Assembly (NCBI RefSeq): GCF_009914755.1
Contig: NC_060929.1
Strand: one strand, 5' to 3'
DNA: 64,000 bases
DNA from: the human T2T-CHM13v2.0 reference genome, Homo sapiens
The position numbers and the translations under genes were made by a program. Within the stretch, counting starts at the first letter, position 1. Each line of letters starts with the position of its first letter. The notes under the pieces were generated by a model. It worked only from the letters and a program-made list of their open reading frames with translations. It was not told the origin of the DNA and did not search any database. Of the stretch, positions 27,953-42,210 are shown piece by piece.

Positions 27953-28544
27953 GCAACATAACTGGTCTGGCCTAGAAAATGTGGGACTTGAAAGGAGATT
28001 CTGTGCCATGTAAATGGCAAGAAAGTGGGAAACAAGAAGTAAACCAAAATTCCCAGCATCGATCTTTGACCCCAAGAGTGATGTCAATGGTGCCTATACC
28101 CAGCTTCCAGGCAGACGGGAACTATATTCCTCTTCTATATTTCTTCTTGCTCCATGTCCACAGATGTAGTTTTGTATTTCATATTTGTCCACTCAACTTT
28201 GCTTCATAAAAGTTTGAGATGTCTTACAAAAATGCAGTTAACCAAGCAAAAGATAATAACACTAAAATAAGTGGAGAAAATGAGCCAAGGAAAAAATTAA
28301 AATTGCAATTTATTTCATTCAGAGCCCAAGTTAGTTTATAGCAACCTCAACTCACTTTGATTTTTTTTTTCCATTTGTAGTTCCTCTCTTTCTGTGCTTC
28401 ACAAGGTTGTTCAACTTTTAGTGTTCTTGTTACGTTCTTTAGGAGAGGAAATGAAGACCCCGAAAGCTGCATGTTTGAAGAGGTTGTTGGACGAAGGAGG
28501 TCTAGGTGGTGAGGGGATTGATGAGATGCTGTGCAGTTACCTGA

Positions 28545-28690
28545 TAAAAAGACTGGAGACAAAGACTCAAAGAACTAGGGCTCTTGTCCCTCTTCAGCCA
28601 CTGACTGGCTGCGACCTTCACTCAAACACAAATCTCTCTTGGCTTTATTGTCCTCAGCTGCCAGTGGGGAGGTTGTCCTCATGGTTCCAA
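28545..28690 (+). mobile_element. MIR3-like SINE fragment
   Basis: 'AGAACTAGGGCTCTTGTCCCTCTTCAGCCACTGACTGGCTGCGACCTT...AATCTCTCTTGGCTTTATTGTCCTCAGCTG'. Confidence 0.5.
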
Positions 28691-29439
28691 GGTTTCATCC
28701 AACGCCAGCATTTTCTGATTCCGCATGCTTTTTTCCTCTGGGGGCATCAGTCACCAGCTCCCTCTGGAGACATTTTACAGCTAATATGCACACCAAGCCA
28801 GCTGTTAGTGCTATAACTGGGACATTCCCAGAAGGCTAATTAGCCTGCTCCCCTGGCTCAGAATAATTACTCCACAATATTCACATGACTCTTTTACACC
28901 AGGAATTCATCTCCTGTAGAGGGTCTCACAGATGTATCTTACGTATAAAAGAGAAGAAACAGCAAATGCATTCCATAGCCAAGAGCAAATAGCCTCTATA
29001 AATTGCATTTTCCAGCAAATATCCAAAAAAGTTAGCACAGAATCAAAGAAACTAAACTGCTCTCACCCAACTGTCCTCTAGTCCTCCAATTTTCTGGTGC
29101 CACTCCTTTTCCCAATAACCAAATAAACCTACCTAGGCCTCCACTTGGCACTGACTGCACATTCAGGTATCTCCCAGTTACATCTGTACTCCATCCGGAA
29201 GATATTCTAGTTGACATCTCATACTCCTTGCTCCAGCTCCTCCCTGGCTCTTTGGTCACCCCAAATGTTTCATTACTTGGCCTGCCTTGCAGCTCAAAGT
29301 GATCTCAGCTGTAGTGGCCAACAGCACAGCCTTACTGAAGGCTGGGGTGTGCCGGAGGGGAACTGTTTCCCAGCATCCAGGAAACAACTCAAAATCAGGA
29401 TTCAGGCCTAGAACTACCCTGAGAATCCACTGGCCAAAC

Positions 29440-29895
29440 ACCATCAAGGGGAGCCTCTTACTGATTTTCTGTCTTCTTGGTCTAGGTCTGCTGAACCCAC
29501 TTCCAGAAAAGAGACCATTCTCCCATCACTCTGGTCCTCTGCTTCACTCGACATGGCCTCCAAGGCCCTACATGGTTGAATCTCTGCTCTCCTCTGAAAG
29601 CTCATCTCCTACTTGTCTGTCCTCGGTCCAGGCCCTGCAGCCACCCGGGCCTTTGGTAGTTCCTAGAGAAGCCCTCTGCCTTCTCCCACCCCAGGACTTT
29701 TGCACATGTTGCCTGCAACACTCTCCTTCCCCTTCCCTCCATCTATTATGTACTTAATTCCTATACTTCCTTTAGCTGTCATCTCAGTTACCCCTTCTTC
29801 TTGGAAGCCTTTCTGATGGCCTGCACCTAGGTCAGGTTCCTTTGTTACATGCTTGCACAGAACCATATTATTTCCTTCTACACTTTTAGCAACAC
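29440..29895 (+). mobile_element. L2 fragment
   Basis: 'CATGGCCTCCAAGGCCCTACATGG...CAGGACTTTTGCACATGTTGCCTGCAACACTCTCC...GGAAGCCTTTCTGA' are sense L2 3' region motifs. Confidence 0.7.
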
Positions 29896-31129
29896 ATGGA
29901 ACTAGCAAAAAATAGATTTTCCTCAATGGCCTCACAGGTCTTGGGTCAAATTCTAAGCCAGACATTAAATCTTGAATTCCTGCACTTCTCCCCCTACCCA
30001 AGCAAATCAAAAAGGCAGTGGATTTCCCCTATTCTTCTGCCATATGATAATACTTTGTATAACCCAGTGTTCCAAATGATCACATTTGAATTGATTAGTA
30101 GATTCCCAAATTACTGTAGTTCAACTGTCTTTCTAACATTTATGTTCCTAGAGCTATAAAAGAAATGGAAATTGTGGGAAAATCTCTGCACATCTGGATA
30201 ATTTGTTTTTACCTTCCAGTGATCCTTCAGAACTCTAAATCTTTCATTTTACACATTGAAGGAGTTTATTCACCAGCATGGAAGTTTTGCATAAAATAAA
30301 ATTCAATTTTAATTTTTATAATTATCACTGTTTTAAAAAAATCCTTCCTTTTTACATTTTTTTATTATGAAAAATAGAATAATATAACAAATCCCTAAGT
30401 ACTACTATCTTCATGTACCCATCAAAATTGATCAATGGCCAATCATGTTTCATCTATACTCCCACTTACAGCAACAAATTACTGCTTTTTCAAATAGCCT
30501 ATTTATCTCTAAAATAGATTGCTTCGTTGTTTTAAAGCATACTGGGAAAATTGAAATTTGGCATCAGTTTGGGTTCCTGCATCTATATCCACCTATTGAA
30601 TCTAGAATGGAATAAAAAGTTGCATTGTAAAGTCTACTAGCTCAAATCTTAAATATCTGATATCAGTCAAAATGTCAGGTACTCCAACATGTACATGGAT
30701 TAAGTATAGCTCAGAGTAAAGTTTGTATTGTTTCCCCTTTAAATCGAGAAGCAAATTTGGGTAAGATCTTTAACATCATAAAAACAATTCAAGACAATTT
30801 TCTTTAAAAGAAAATTGCACTGCAGTGAGGTAGTTCAACTCGCCCTGTAAATTCTGAAAAGGCATTGATTAATAATAATACAGTCTGAGTCTCTTAAAGT
30901 CTCCTTCTTTATTAACTGGCTCTTTTCCTCTGAAAGTAGAGCCTGGATTAATATTTGTTGATAAAAAGCCTGAGTGGACCGGCGGTATGATCGAGATTGA
31001 ATCTGGGCTGACACTCTTGGTTGTTTACCAGACAAGCACACCCCTTCTGTCCACTCTGCTTGGGCACTGAGCCAAATGGTGTTAGGGAAATGCAACTGCT
31101 CCCCTGGGGCAGGACGGACTCAGACTGTG

Positions 31130-31500
31130 GGAGTTGCTCAGTGTGACCCCATTCCCCTGCACCGTGATTGGTGCAGAGGGACTGTGTGATTCACTTTGAG
31201 CCAGTTAAATGTAAGGGGAAGTATACTGAGGCGTCTGGGGAAGATTTTGTCCCAATGATGGATAGAGAGAAACTAGGAAGGGGCACTCTGACCCTTGCCT
31301 TCTACCTGGAATGCAGTTGCTGAAGAGATGGTATCGGGAGCTGTGGCAGCCACGTTGTGGGAGACAAGACAACTCTGACTCACTGAGGACTGAGCAGCGG
31401 AACAATGGAAAAAAACCTGGCTGCTTGATGTCCTTAGCAGGCCTCTGAATAGACCTTACCTCTAGATTTTTTGCTGGGTGTAGAGAAAACAAACTCCTCT
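31130..31500 (+). mobile_element. Old MaLR LTR fragment (MLT1K-like)
   Basis: 'CCCATTCCCCTGCACCGTGATTGG...GGAGCTGTGGCAGCCACGTTGTG...GGAAAAAAACCTGGCTGCTTGATG...CCTTACCTCTAGATTTT'. Confidence 0.6.
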
Positions 31501-31587
31501 ATTATGCACATTTCCAGCAGATACAGCATGTATCTAAACAGAATAGCAAGGGCTGGTTATACTGGTGTGGTTAGAGTCACTTCAATC

Positions 31588-31700
31588 TAATTCACTGAAC
31601 ATTTACTGAGCACCTACTATGTGCCAGGCTCCGTGCTAGACATTGGGGAGCTAAATGTATAAAAGAAGTAGTCTCTGCTCTCAAAAACACCTATCTAGTA
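31588..31700 (-). mobile_element. L2 3' end
   Basis: 'ATTCACTGAACATTTACTGAGCACCTACTATGTGCCAGGCTCCGTGCTAG'. Confidence 0.8.
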
Positions 31701-33319
31701 AAGTTTAAAAGAAAGGCATGAAACTTCCAGGGGATATTTCCTTGAAGAAATAAGACTGCTGTGCTCCAAAGTGGTGGATTTAGTGTCCACGGATTGGTAA
31801 GGGTGCCTGGGTAAGAAGTCACCTCTCTCAGAAATAATAAAATCACACATAGAAGCATCCTATAAGAAGGCATATATGCTTCTCATCCTATAAGAAGCAT
31901 AGCTGACTGACAGGCATGTACAAGCTCAGGAGCTCTAGGAAGGGCTCTGACCCTCTCCTATTGCCTACATTCCACACCTGGAAACTCATGGCTTTGGCTT
32001 AAGAATTTGTCCCTTGCTAAATTGCAACTACCCCTGAGGAGCAACACATATTTCTTCTATCATTTAAAAGGAGAATTAGCGCTCTTGTGAAGGTTCTGGG
32101 GACCTGAAGAAAGGTGGGTGGAAGTGGAAGGAGAAGTGGGCACCAAAAAGGAGGTTGGGGACACTAAGGTGATCCACATTTTAGCTCAGGGCCTGCTCTG
32201 AGCCAGCTGAAATAAACCATAAAAGGGCAAGTGATTTGTGATTTTTCTGACCATTCCATCCTTGGCCTGGTTTTTCTTTTTAAAAAGGTTTATGGAAAAT
32301 GGAGACACACCCAGAGGGTGTAGAGGCTTTCACATAAAGATCCAATTGGCCTCTCTAGTGTGGAAAGCAAGTAGGGTAGAATCAGGAGAGAGAGACCCCA
32401 TCCTGCTATTCATAACTCTTCCGAATAGCCCTCCAGGGAAACAATGGAAGGAGAGAAGCCCTTTGAATTCCAGTCACTACATTGGAAAAGCATAATTATG
32501 CAAAATATGTAAACAAAAATTAGCCAACTGAGAGGGATGCTGGAGAGTGGTTTCACTACAGCTTGAGGTTTAGATGAACACCCCTAAACCTCTGAAGACT
32601 CTGCCTTCAGAGCACTGCAAGAATGTCCCCCCACCCACACTTCCTCTGTCCTGACCCTTCCTTTCTTGCCTGTAACCCTAATTTCCTGGCATCTCCTTTT
32701 GTTTCCCAATGAAGCTCAGGCCATTGTCTGTTCCTGGACTATCTCCTGGGCATTCTCGTCTACAAAGGGTTTCAGCTCTAAAGTTTGAACTAATCATTGC
32801 AACCAAACTGAAATACAGAGAAGAAACATTTCAATATATGAGGATGAGAACAGCATTGCTCTGTCTATGCAAAGTTTTGCCTGAATTACCACAGGTCCTC
32901 AAATAACATCTTTGTTCAATGTCATTTCATTATAAGGTTGATGAAAAAACAATTGCTTTCTGGCCAGGACCACTGTCTTTGTGGAGCCTGCACTCTCTCC
33001 TCATACCTGCATGGGTTTTCTCCAGGTCCCCTGGTTTCCTCCTAGTACCAAAGATGTGCCCGTGAGGTGTATTGGCATGTCTATGGGGTCCCAGTCTGAG
33101 TGAGTGTGGGTGTGTGTGAGTGTGCCCCGCAATGGGATGGTGTCCTGTCCGAGGCCGGTTCCCACCTTGCACCCTGAGCTGCTGGGACAGATTCTGGCAA
33201 CTCCTTAACTCTGAACTGAAAGAAGCAGGTAAGTATCTCACTTGTTTTTATTAACCTTTCTTAAATGCATGTATAGATCACATTTGTTTCGATGTTTAAT
33301 ATTTAGAAGTGTTTTGATC

Positions 33320-33951
<632 letters not shown>

Positions 33952-34174
33952 TAGAAGTTGGAGATGTTTTTGTGACCAGAAATAGGCCATAGGAACTTAG
34001 CTGTTGTTTATATCAATTAGCCTACAGTAAGACTGGTTTTGTTTTACATCATTTTGCTTAAAATCAGTTTCCAAGAACATATCAATAATGTCAATGTTAA
34101 GTGAGGACTTACTGTTATCTCTATCAGAATAGTGAATTTTCCGTCTTTGGCCAGTGAGGAATCTCTGACCTCTT

Positions 34175-34420
34175 TCATTCGTTTTCTCCTTTAAGCATTT
34201 CTTGAGTTCCTACTATGTGCCAGGCAGCAAGATGAATATGGAAGGCACAGTGGTGAGCCCTATAGGCACAGTGTACCCTCTTGAGCCACTTTTATTCCAC
34301 TGGGGAAACCACTGAAAAAGTGTCCTAAGTGTTATAAATTGAATTCTTGGAATGTACATCAGGGAAACCCCAAGGAATGGGTGATGCACAGTTCTTCTTA
34401 AAGAAGCAAGAGGTGACATC
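34175..34420 (-). mobile_element. L2 3' fragment
   Basis: 'AAGCATTTCTTGAGTTCCTACTATGTGCCAGGCAGC'. Confidence 0.7.
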
Positions 34421-35798
34421 ATCAGGAGAAGATAGAAAGACACTGGATGAACAAAACAACAGCATCCAGCAGCTGTAGTGAGTTGAGACCATAAATGTGG
34501 ACAGAACTAGCTTAGAGCCTCCAGTGGAGGAGATGACCAGTGAAATAACATTTGTGATGAGGCAGGGCTTGGCTGGGCCATAGGCAAAAGAGGGAGAGGA
34601 TGAGATGCTCATCTCAGCCTTGAGGGAAAGTTGAGATAGGAACAAGCACAGTACAGTGGAGGATGACCAAGAGGCAGCACAAGAGAGGCCCAGAGCTAAT
34701 GTTGGGCAGCAGTGGGAACTAACGTGGCATGGAAAAAAGTTTTTTGCTTGCAAAAAAATGTTTCTAATTCAATTATTCATAAGTTATGTGAGTCTCCCCA
34801 ACTGGCAACTGGTCAGCTTACTTGTGAACCAAGTAAATTTTAAGATTGTTAGGTTTGGGGCATTTTATTTAGATGACTGTCTAATAGCGTTTATCAGTGA
34901 TTTCATTCCCACATACCATTGTACCTCTTCACCAGGCCAATAGATCAATAACCTTAGGCTTTCTCTCTCTCCTCTGTGAGACAGCAGAGGGAGAGAGGGG
35001 TGGGGTATCCCAGAAGGAGTAAAGGACTGATCCCTCACCCTGTACAGGGAATTCTGCAGCCATTCCTACCCAGCCTGGTCTCTGGCTCTAATTAGAGAAG
35101 TCGTATCTTTCATAGATCTGCCTTTTAAAGGTACATAAACAACACTGCCCAAGGCCATTAGTGCATTTTTAAAAAGCTAAAAATGCAGAAAATCCTCGAA
35201 GTATTTTATAAGTAAGTACTCAGAAAAGCTTGATGAACACCAGAACTTTCAGCAAGAAACTCTGCTTCACCCCAATGCTAATATGCCTTGCTAAGAGATC
35301 CCAGACTCCAGCCTCCCCAGTGGAAATGCTTGTGAAGTCTGTGCATTTTCCTGTAATACATTAAGAGGTCTACCCTGCCTGTAGGTGAGCTAAAGCTAAA
35401 GCTTAAATGCCTTAATTATGCTTAGGGGGCACCAGGCAAGAAGAGGAAATGGCTCTTAAAAAAACCAATGCTGCCTCCCTACTCTCCAGCCACAAAAAGT
35501 ATTTTGCAGTTAAACTGCATTACAGAGATGTAACTTTACCAACCAAGTATGCTGGGTCTATGGGCGCTTGGTTTTCTTCCTGCCCAGGACTTTTTATGGC
35601 CTAGTGATTTTCTAGGTCTCTTGCTATGTGAGGTTTAAAGTCAATGGACCTTCTTAAATAGGTTGGAAGTGGCTTGGGAGGCAGAGATAGTAGTGGTGAT
35701 AAAGGAACTGAGAGGGAGGATGGGAACTTGCCCTGTCCCTGCAAGACTTCTCCCAGACCCAGGACACTCTCCATCCCTACATTGGTGGTTAGGGAATG

Positions 35799-36212
35799 TG
35801 TGTTAGTCTGTTCTCACACTGCTATAAAGAATACCTGAGACTCGGTAATTTATAAAGAAAAAAGGCTTCGTTGGTTCATACTTCCACAGGCTGTACAGAA
35901 AGCATGATGCTGGCATTTACTTGGCCTCTGGGGAGGCCTCAGGAAGCTTTCAATCATGGCAGAAGGTGAAGGGGGAGCAAAGCACTTCACATGGCTGGTG
36001 TGGGAGGAAGAGCAAGTGCGGGGAGGTGCTACACATTTTTAAACGGCCAGATCTCATGAGAACTCTATCTGAGAACAGCACTAGGGGCATGGTGCTGAAC
36101 CATTAGAAACCACCCCCATGATCCAATCACCTCCCTCCAGGCCCCACCACCAGCACTGGGGATTATACTTCAACATGAGATTTGGGTGGGGACACAGATC
36201 CAAAGCACATCA
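35799..36212 (-). mobile_element. MSTA solo LTR (ERVL-MaLR)
   Basis: TGTGTTAGTCTGTTCTCACACTGCTATAAAGAATACCTGAGACT...CCCATGATCCAATCACCTCCC...CAACATGAGATTTGGGTGGGGACACAGATCCAAAGCACATCA; flanks GAATG and GAACC (degenerate TSD). Confidence 0.92.
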
Positions 36213-36224
36213 GAACCCAAGACA

Positions 36225-36390
36225 GTCACTGGGAGTCAAGACAACTAGTTCTGAAACTTACTCTTCCAGTAACTAGTTTAGCAGCCTCAAGAAAGTCACT
36301 TCACTTCTCTGGGCCTTGTTTCCTCATTGGTAAAATTCTGCTTTAGCCCAAGGGATGCTGAATTCCTTCCACCTCTACAATGCTCTGATT
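36225..36390 (+). mobile_element. MIR/MIR3 fragment
   Basis: 'AAGTCACTTCACTTCTCTGGGCCTTGTTTCCTCATTGGTAAAAT'. Confidence 0.7.
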
Positions 36391-38244
36391 TGTGGATGTG
36401 AGGCCAGTCCGAGCTATTGCTGAGAAGGGGCAGGTTATAGCCACCATAAGTGTGCTCACAGGTCAGAACATGAGCATTTTAGATGAAGAGGCATTTTCAG
36501 GCAGCAGAAGCTGATAAGGCTATGGAGGATTTGTAAAGTATTGACAGTGAATACTGCAGAGGGTATGTTACTTCCCTTGCTTTAGAATGCCCATGAGATG
36601 CCCTTTGTGCACTAAGGCCACCTGTGCACGTCCAGTGTCCAAATCAGCCACCCCCCATGAAGCAGTCATCAGAGACACCTAAGAAATATGGCTTCTTCAG
36701 TGTCATGAAAGTGTGTGGGTACTTCTGTTCCTATCAGACCAATGAACTTGATTTGAAGAGTGCTTTATTATTATTTTTTTTTCCAAAAGCCTATGAACAT
36801 CATTCTTTCTCTCCCCAGGCCTGATATTATTATAATGATAAGGTTTCCCTGTCATAATTATATCCCCTTGTTCTCTCTGAAAACCAGGAAAATACTTAAA
36901 AATCAGAGTCTGAAAGGGCAGCTGTCACCCTAAGACCTCATCCCTATTTAATTTAGATTAGAACAGGGCAGTCATTTTCATCAGTCATCAGGCTGAGTGA
37001 AAAAGGAGTCCACTCCTCCCTGACTCCCTGGATTGCTAAAGAAGCATTACAGACAGATGAATTAAATCATAAGCCCTGAGCCAACTCTCCCGCCTCACTC
37101 ATTATTTCCTTATTTAATCCTTTCAACTTTCCTATCGAACAAATAAGCCCTCAGGACCAGAAGCACGCTGTTTGAGGGTAGATAAGGCAGTTGCCTTTCC
37201 CTGGAGCCATGTGTTCCCTGAGTTTGAAACCTAGAAAAGGACCTCCAGCTAGCCACATGGACACAAATATACCTGAATTCAAACGTATACATGTGCACCC
37301 AGTTGACAGTGGTGGAAGAAGCCCTTTTCCTTTGGTAATTTCTTGGTATCACTAGGGCATGTTTTTATTTTCTCTATTCCTCGGCAAGAATGAGGTGACC
37401 TCCTATAAGCAGGATTTTTAAGAAGGAAAGGAAGAGAGCAAGGTGCCTCTGAGCCTCCCAGGGAAGAAGGAGGAGACCACCTGGGAAGAATGTGGTATTG
37501 AGTGGAAAGGCTGGAGGTCGGACCACTGAAATGGTTCATACAACTTTATATGGAGATGTCTGATTATCACTAATTACTGTACCTTAGAAAATAATGGCTT
37601 CCCCCTCTGTGCTTCATTAATAATTCACTATTAGATCTGTACTGCGCTTGTGAAAGCAAATAGGAACATAGCGGAGACATCACCCCTGACTGAGCTCTGA
37701 GGGTTGCAGAGAGGCTCACGCACAGCGTAGGGGCCAGAAAGCAGACCAAGAAGATAGAAGGAGCTCCCTGTTTCTCAAGGCTCCCAAGGAGGAACACCAC
37801 ATGTGGCTCCATGGAAACTGACTTAGTGAGACAGACAAATACTTCAGGTACAGAGGCCAATAATCCATAACTCTATCACTGACTGTAAAAGTGGTCATGA
37901 ATGATGAATGCACAACACAAGTCATGGGAACTTTCAGGTCAGCTTCACCCATTCAGAGAATGCTGCAAAGCCTCAGTCATTCAGACCTTACTATTTGAGA
38001 ACTGGTAGGCACATAGATTGGAATTAAAGGTACTCAGAGACAAATGTGGTCAACATCCTACTTCATCTTTGGCCTGCCACAGGCACCTGAAGGAACCAAA
38101 CATCCAGGCTTGCCCAAAATTCACTCAAGACATGAAGCAGACACAGCATGTGCTTGAAAAATGTAATGTTTTTAGCAAACTGTGGGGTTCCAAATGTGAG
38201 GTAGAGGAATTTGACTTGACAGCTACAACTCTCTCTTTCTCTAT

Positions 38245-38256
38245 TCTGTCTGTCTC

Positions 38257-38318
<62 letters not shown>
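38245..38318. repeat. Compound (TC)n(AC)n microsatellite
   Basis: About 11 TC units at 38259-38280 directly followed by about 19 AC units at 38281-38318. Confidence 0.95.
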
Positions 38319-38320
<2 letters not shown>

Positions 38321-38929
38321 ACAAGCATGAAGGGTACGTTGAATCCAGAAATGATTCAGGCAAATTGTTTAGGTTATCTGAACTCTGCCCTCCTACCCCA
38401 CCACATAAAAACCAAGAACAAAGTAAATTACAACAAGCATTCTTTTAAAGGCATAGTGCTTTTAAAGCAAAGAGCTTACAAGAAAGAAAGGGAAACCCCT
38501 ATGTTTCAGATATAGAAGGAAAACTGAAAACCAGGCCAGAGAGTGTGGGAGCTTTTGTGGTTCTTTGGCTATGGGAGAGACTGGTATGAAGGGGTTTGGT
38601 TAACAGTAATCTTGGGGCTTGAATGCTAATGCCTATTGGAAACAGCAGTTAAAGTACTTTGTTATGGTGAAGGAAAGTGAACCTGAGACCCCTCATAAGC
38701 TTGGCACTCCAAAGGGCTGCATCTCAGTGAAAGAATGAACCAGGAAAAATCTCCAACCCACGCACCAGCACAGGGATGCTGTCTCTGCCAGAGCTTTCTA
38801 TAGAGACAAACGTTTTTCTGAGAATTCATATTCACAAGCTTTGCCTTCATGAGTTTCCGGTTGACTATTTTTATATCTATATATTCTTAGAAACTTAGGT
38901 TGAAAAATTATATTAAAGATTGGTCTTGG

Positions 38930-39715
38930 CAATTCTCAAAATACGATATACAAATGGCCAACTAACATATGGAAAAATGCTCAACATCACTAATGATAAG
39001 GGGAATGCAAATCAAAACCACAATGCAATACCACCTTACTCCTTCAGGAATGGCCGTAATCAAAAAATAATAGATGTTGGTGTGGATGTGGTGAAAAGGG
39101 AACACTTTTACTCTGCTGGTGGGAATGTAAACTAGTACAACTATGGAAAACAGTGTGGGGATTCCTTAAAAGACTAAAAATAGAACTACCATTTGATCCA
39201 GCTACCCCACTACTAGGTATGTACCCAGAGGAAAAGAAGTCATTATATGAAAAAGTTACTTGCAAACCTATGTTTATAGCAGCACAATTCATAATTGCAA
39301 AAATATGGAGCCATCCCAAATGTTCATCAATCAACGAGTGGATAAAAAATTGCGATGTATATATACTGTGGAATACTACTTAGCTATAAAAAGGAATGGA
39401 ATAATGGCATTTGCAGCAACCTGGATGGAATCGAAGAACTTTATTCTAAGTGAAGTAACTCAGGAATGGAAAACCAAACATCAAATGTTTTTGCTCATAA
39501 GTGGGAGCTAAACTATGAGGATGCAAAGGCATAAGAACGATACAACGGACTTTGGGGATTTAGGGGAAAAGGTGGGGGGAAATAAAATTCTACACATGGG
39601 ATACAGCGTACACTGCTTGGGTGATGGATGCAGCAAAATCTCAGAAATCACCACTAAGGAACTTAGTCATATAACCAAACACTACCTGTTCCCCAAAAAC
39701 CTATTGAAAAAAAAA
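38930..39715 (+). mobile_element. L1PB1 5'-truncated copy (ORF2 C-terminus remnant, 3' UTR, A-tail)
   Basis: ORF2 remnants '[25 protein letters not shown]...[13 protein letters not shown]' and 'AFAATWME...ILSEVTQEWKTKH'; 3' end 'CCAAACACTACCTGTTCCCCAAAAACCTATTGAAAAAAAAA'; degenerate TSD AAAGATTGGTCTTGG (38915-38929) and AAAAATTGGGCTTGG (39711-39725). Confidence 0.92.
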
Positions 39716-40024
39716 TTGGGCTTGGGTCTATGGTACACCAGGGACACCTGATAGAAGTAAAAGGAAGATGTTTCCAGCCAATTCTACACAGACCCACAAA
39801 TAAAGTCCTGCTAAAGTTGAACTAACAATCTAAAATCACAAGCAATCTTCCAAGAGACTAAAATTAAGCACAACACAAACAGCAGGATTGGAACCAAAGA
39901 ACTTCAAATAACTTGACAATTTGATTACTAATTTGAGTATCATCAATAATTTGATGATTAAGGACATAAAAGAAAATCCAAACCACAAGGAATAGAAAAG
40001 ACACTTAAGGAGTAAGCAGAATGG

Positions 40025-40700
40025 GAAATATAAAGTTAGATCTCCACCTTTATCCTACATGAAATAAACTCCAGATATATTAGTATCTAAATGTGAAAAA
40101 GCAAAGTTTAAAACTTTTAAAGAAAGCATAGAAGAAGATGATATGACATTGGATAGGGGGAATTTTCTTATACAAGACACAAATATCTACAAACCATAGA
40201 GGAAAGGACTGATAAATTTGAATTTTATTAAGATGAAAAAAAATTGAGAGAAAGAGGGACCATAAACAAAGATAGAAGAAAAAAAACAGTCTGGGGGAAG
40301 ATACTTGCACTTTATATAAAAATAAATCTCATAAATTAATAAGAAAGAGACAGTTAATCCAATTGAAAGAGGTATTTACGATTCACAGAAGAGGTAATAT
40401 AAATGGTTAATAAACACATAAGAAGATGCTCCTGTTCACAAGTAATTAGGGATTGCAAATAACAACAAAAGTCTGCATGATGAAATACCTATATGCATTG
40501 TGAGTGTGGGGCATGTGTTGGAACCACTCTTGTGAAGAGAAATTTGGCAACACCTAATAAAGCTGAAGTTGTGCTCACTATCTCTTACCTATCCCCAAGG
40601 AGACTGGTGCATGGATGTTTATTATTACAGCTCTGTCCGCGACAATCAAAACATGGGAGGATCCTAATGTCCACCAGTGAGCAGTGCATACACACAAAAC
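40025..40700 (+). mobile_element. Old L1ME ORF2 fragment
   Basis: 'AAATAAACTCCAGATATATTAGTATCTAAATGTGAAAAAG...CAAACCATAGAGGAAAGGACTGATAAATTTGA...ATTCACAGAAGAGG...AAATGGTTAATAAACACATAAGAAGATGCTC'. Confidence 0.75.
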
Positions 40701-40821
40701 CACCACATGGGTTGTTTATGGGCATAAGCACATGCTGAGAATGATACCCATCTACTTAAAGGTAGGGATTATCTTGGCAAAGAGAAGAGAGTGTGAATGG
40801 GGTTCTGGTGGCCTCTAAATA

Positions 40822-41489
<668 letters not shown>

Positions 41490-41965
41490 TAATTGTATTT
41501 CTTAAAAGACTATCTGAAACTAATTAGTCAATATATTGAGGTAGCATTTATGTAATCTTGATGGTGAGTACATAGGTGTCTGTTAACTTATTGTCTGTAT
41601 GTTTGAAATATTTTATAAGTAAAAATACAATTTAGAAAAAGGTGGCATTCAGGCAGTGATTGCCCTAAATGAAACCTAAAACGATCCACAGAGCTTTAAA
41701 TGCTATTAGAGGAATAGGTTCATTGATTCCATAAATATTTATTGATTGCCTTCCCTACAGTAAGTGTTGTGCTAGGTGCACATGAAACATTAATTGAACC
41801 TTGCCCTTGGATTCACTTGCGGGCCATATTACAGCTGGCAGTGATTATGAAGGTCCTTGGAAGTCCAGGTTAGTGTTACCTTATGCTGAATTCTGCTCTA
41901 TATTAGGCCATCTTGTAGGACCTTTTCAAGTGTACTTTATCTTGATATAAGCCTGGAAAAGCACA

Positions 41966-42210
41966 TTATAATAGCTAATAAGACCTAACGTAACTTATAG
42001 AATTCTAGGCATAGCCCTAAGCCTTTGCATGCATTATGTCTTTTTATCCTCACCACAACCTTATGAGGTAGGTACTATCATTACCCTCATTTTATAGATA
42101 AAGAAACTGAGGCACAGGAGGTTAATTAATTTGAGTTACGTCACCTAGCTAACTAGTAGAGCCAAAATGTTCACTTTGTCAACTTAACTCCAATGCACAT
42201 CACTCTTAAG
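41966..42210 (-). mobile_element. MIR SINE
   Basis: 'CACAACCTTATGAGGTAGGTACTATCATTACCCTCATTTTATAGATAAAGAAACTGAGGCACAGGAGGTTAA'. Confidence 0.88.

Noticed and set aside
29287-29757. 156-aa plus-strand ORF
   Set aside because: Non-ATG start and mostly overlaps a degenerate L2.
38018-38515. 165-aa ORF with SLSL/HTHT runs
   Set aside because: Kept open by the (TC)n(AC)n microsatellite; non-ATG start.
38920-39751. ORFs with real protein similarity (L1 ORF2p C-terminus)
   Set aside because: Frameshifted remnants in a 5'-truncated L1PB1; cannot encode functional ORF2p.
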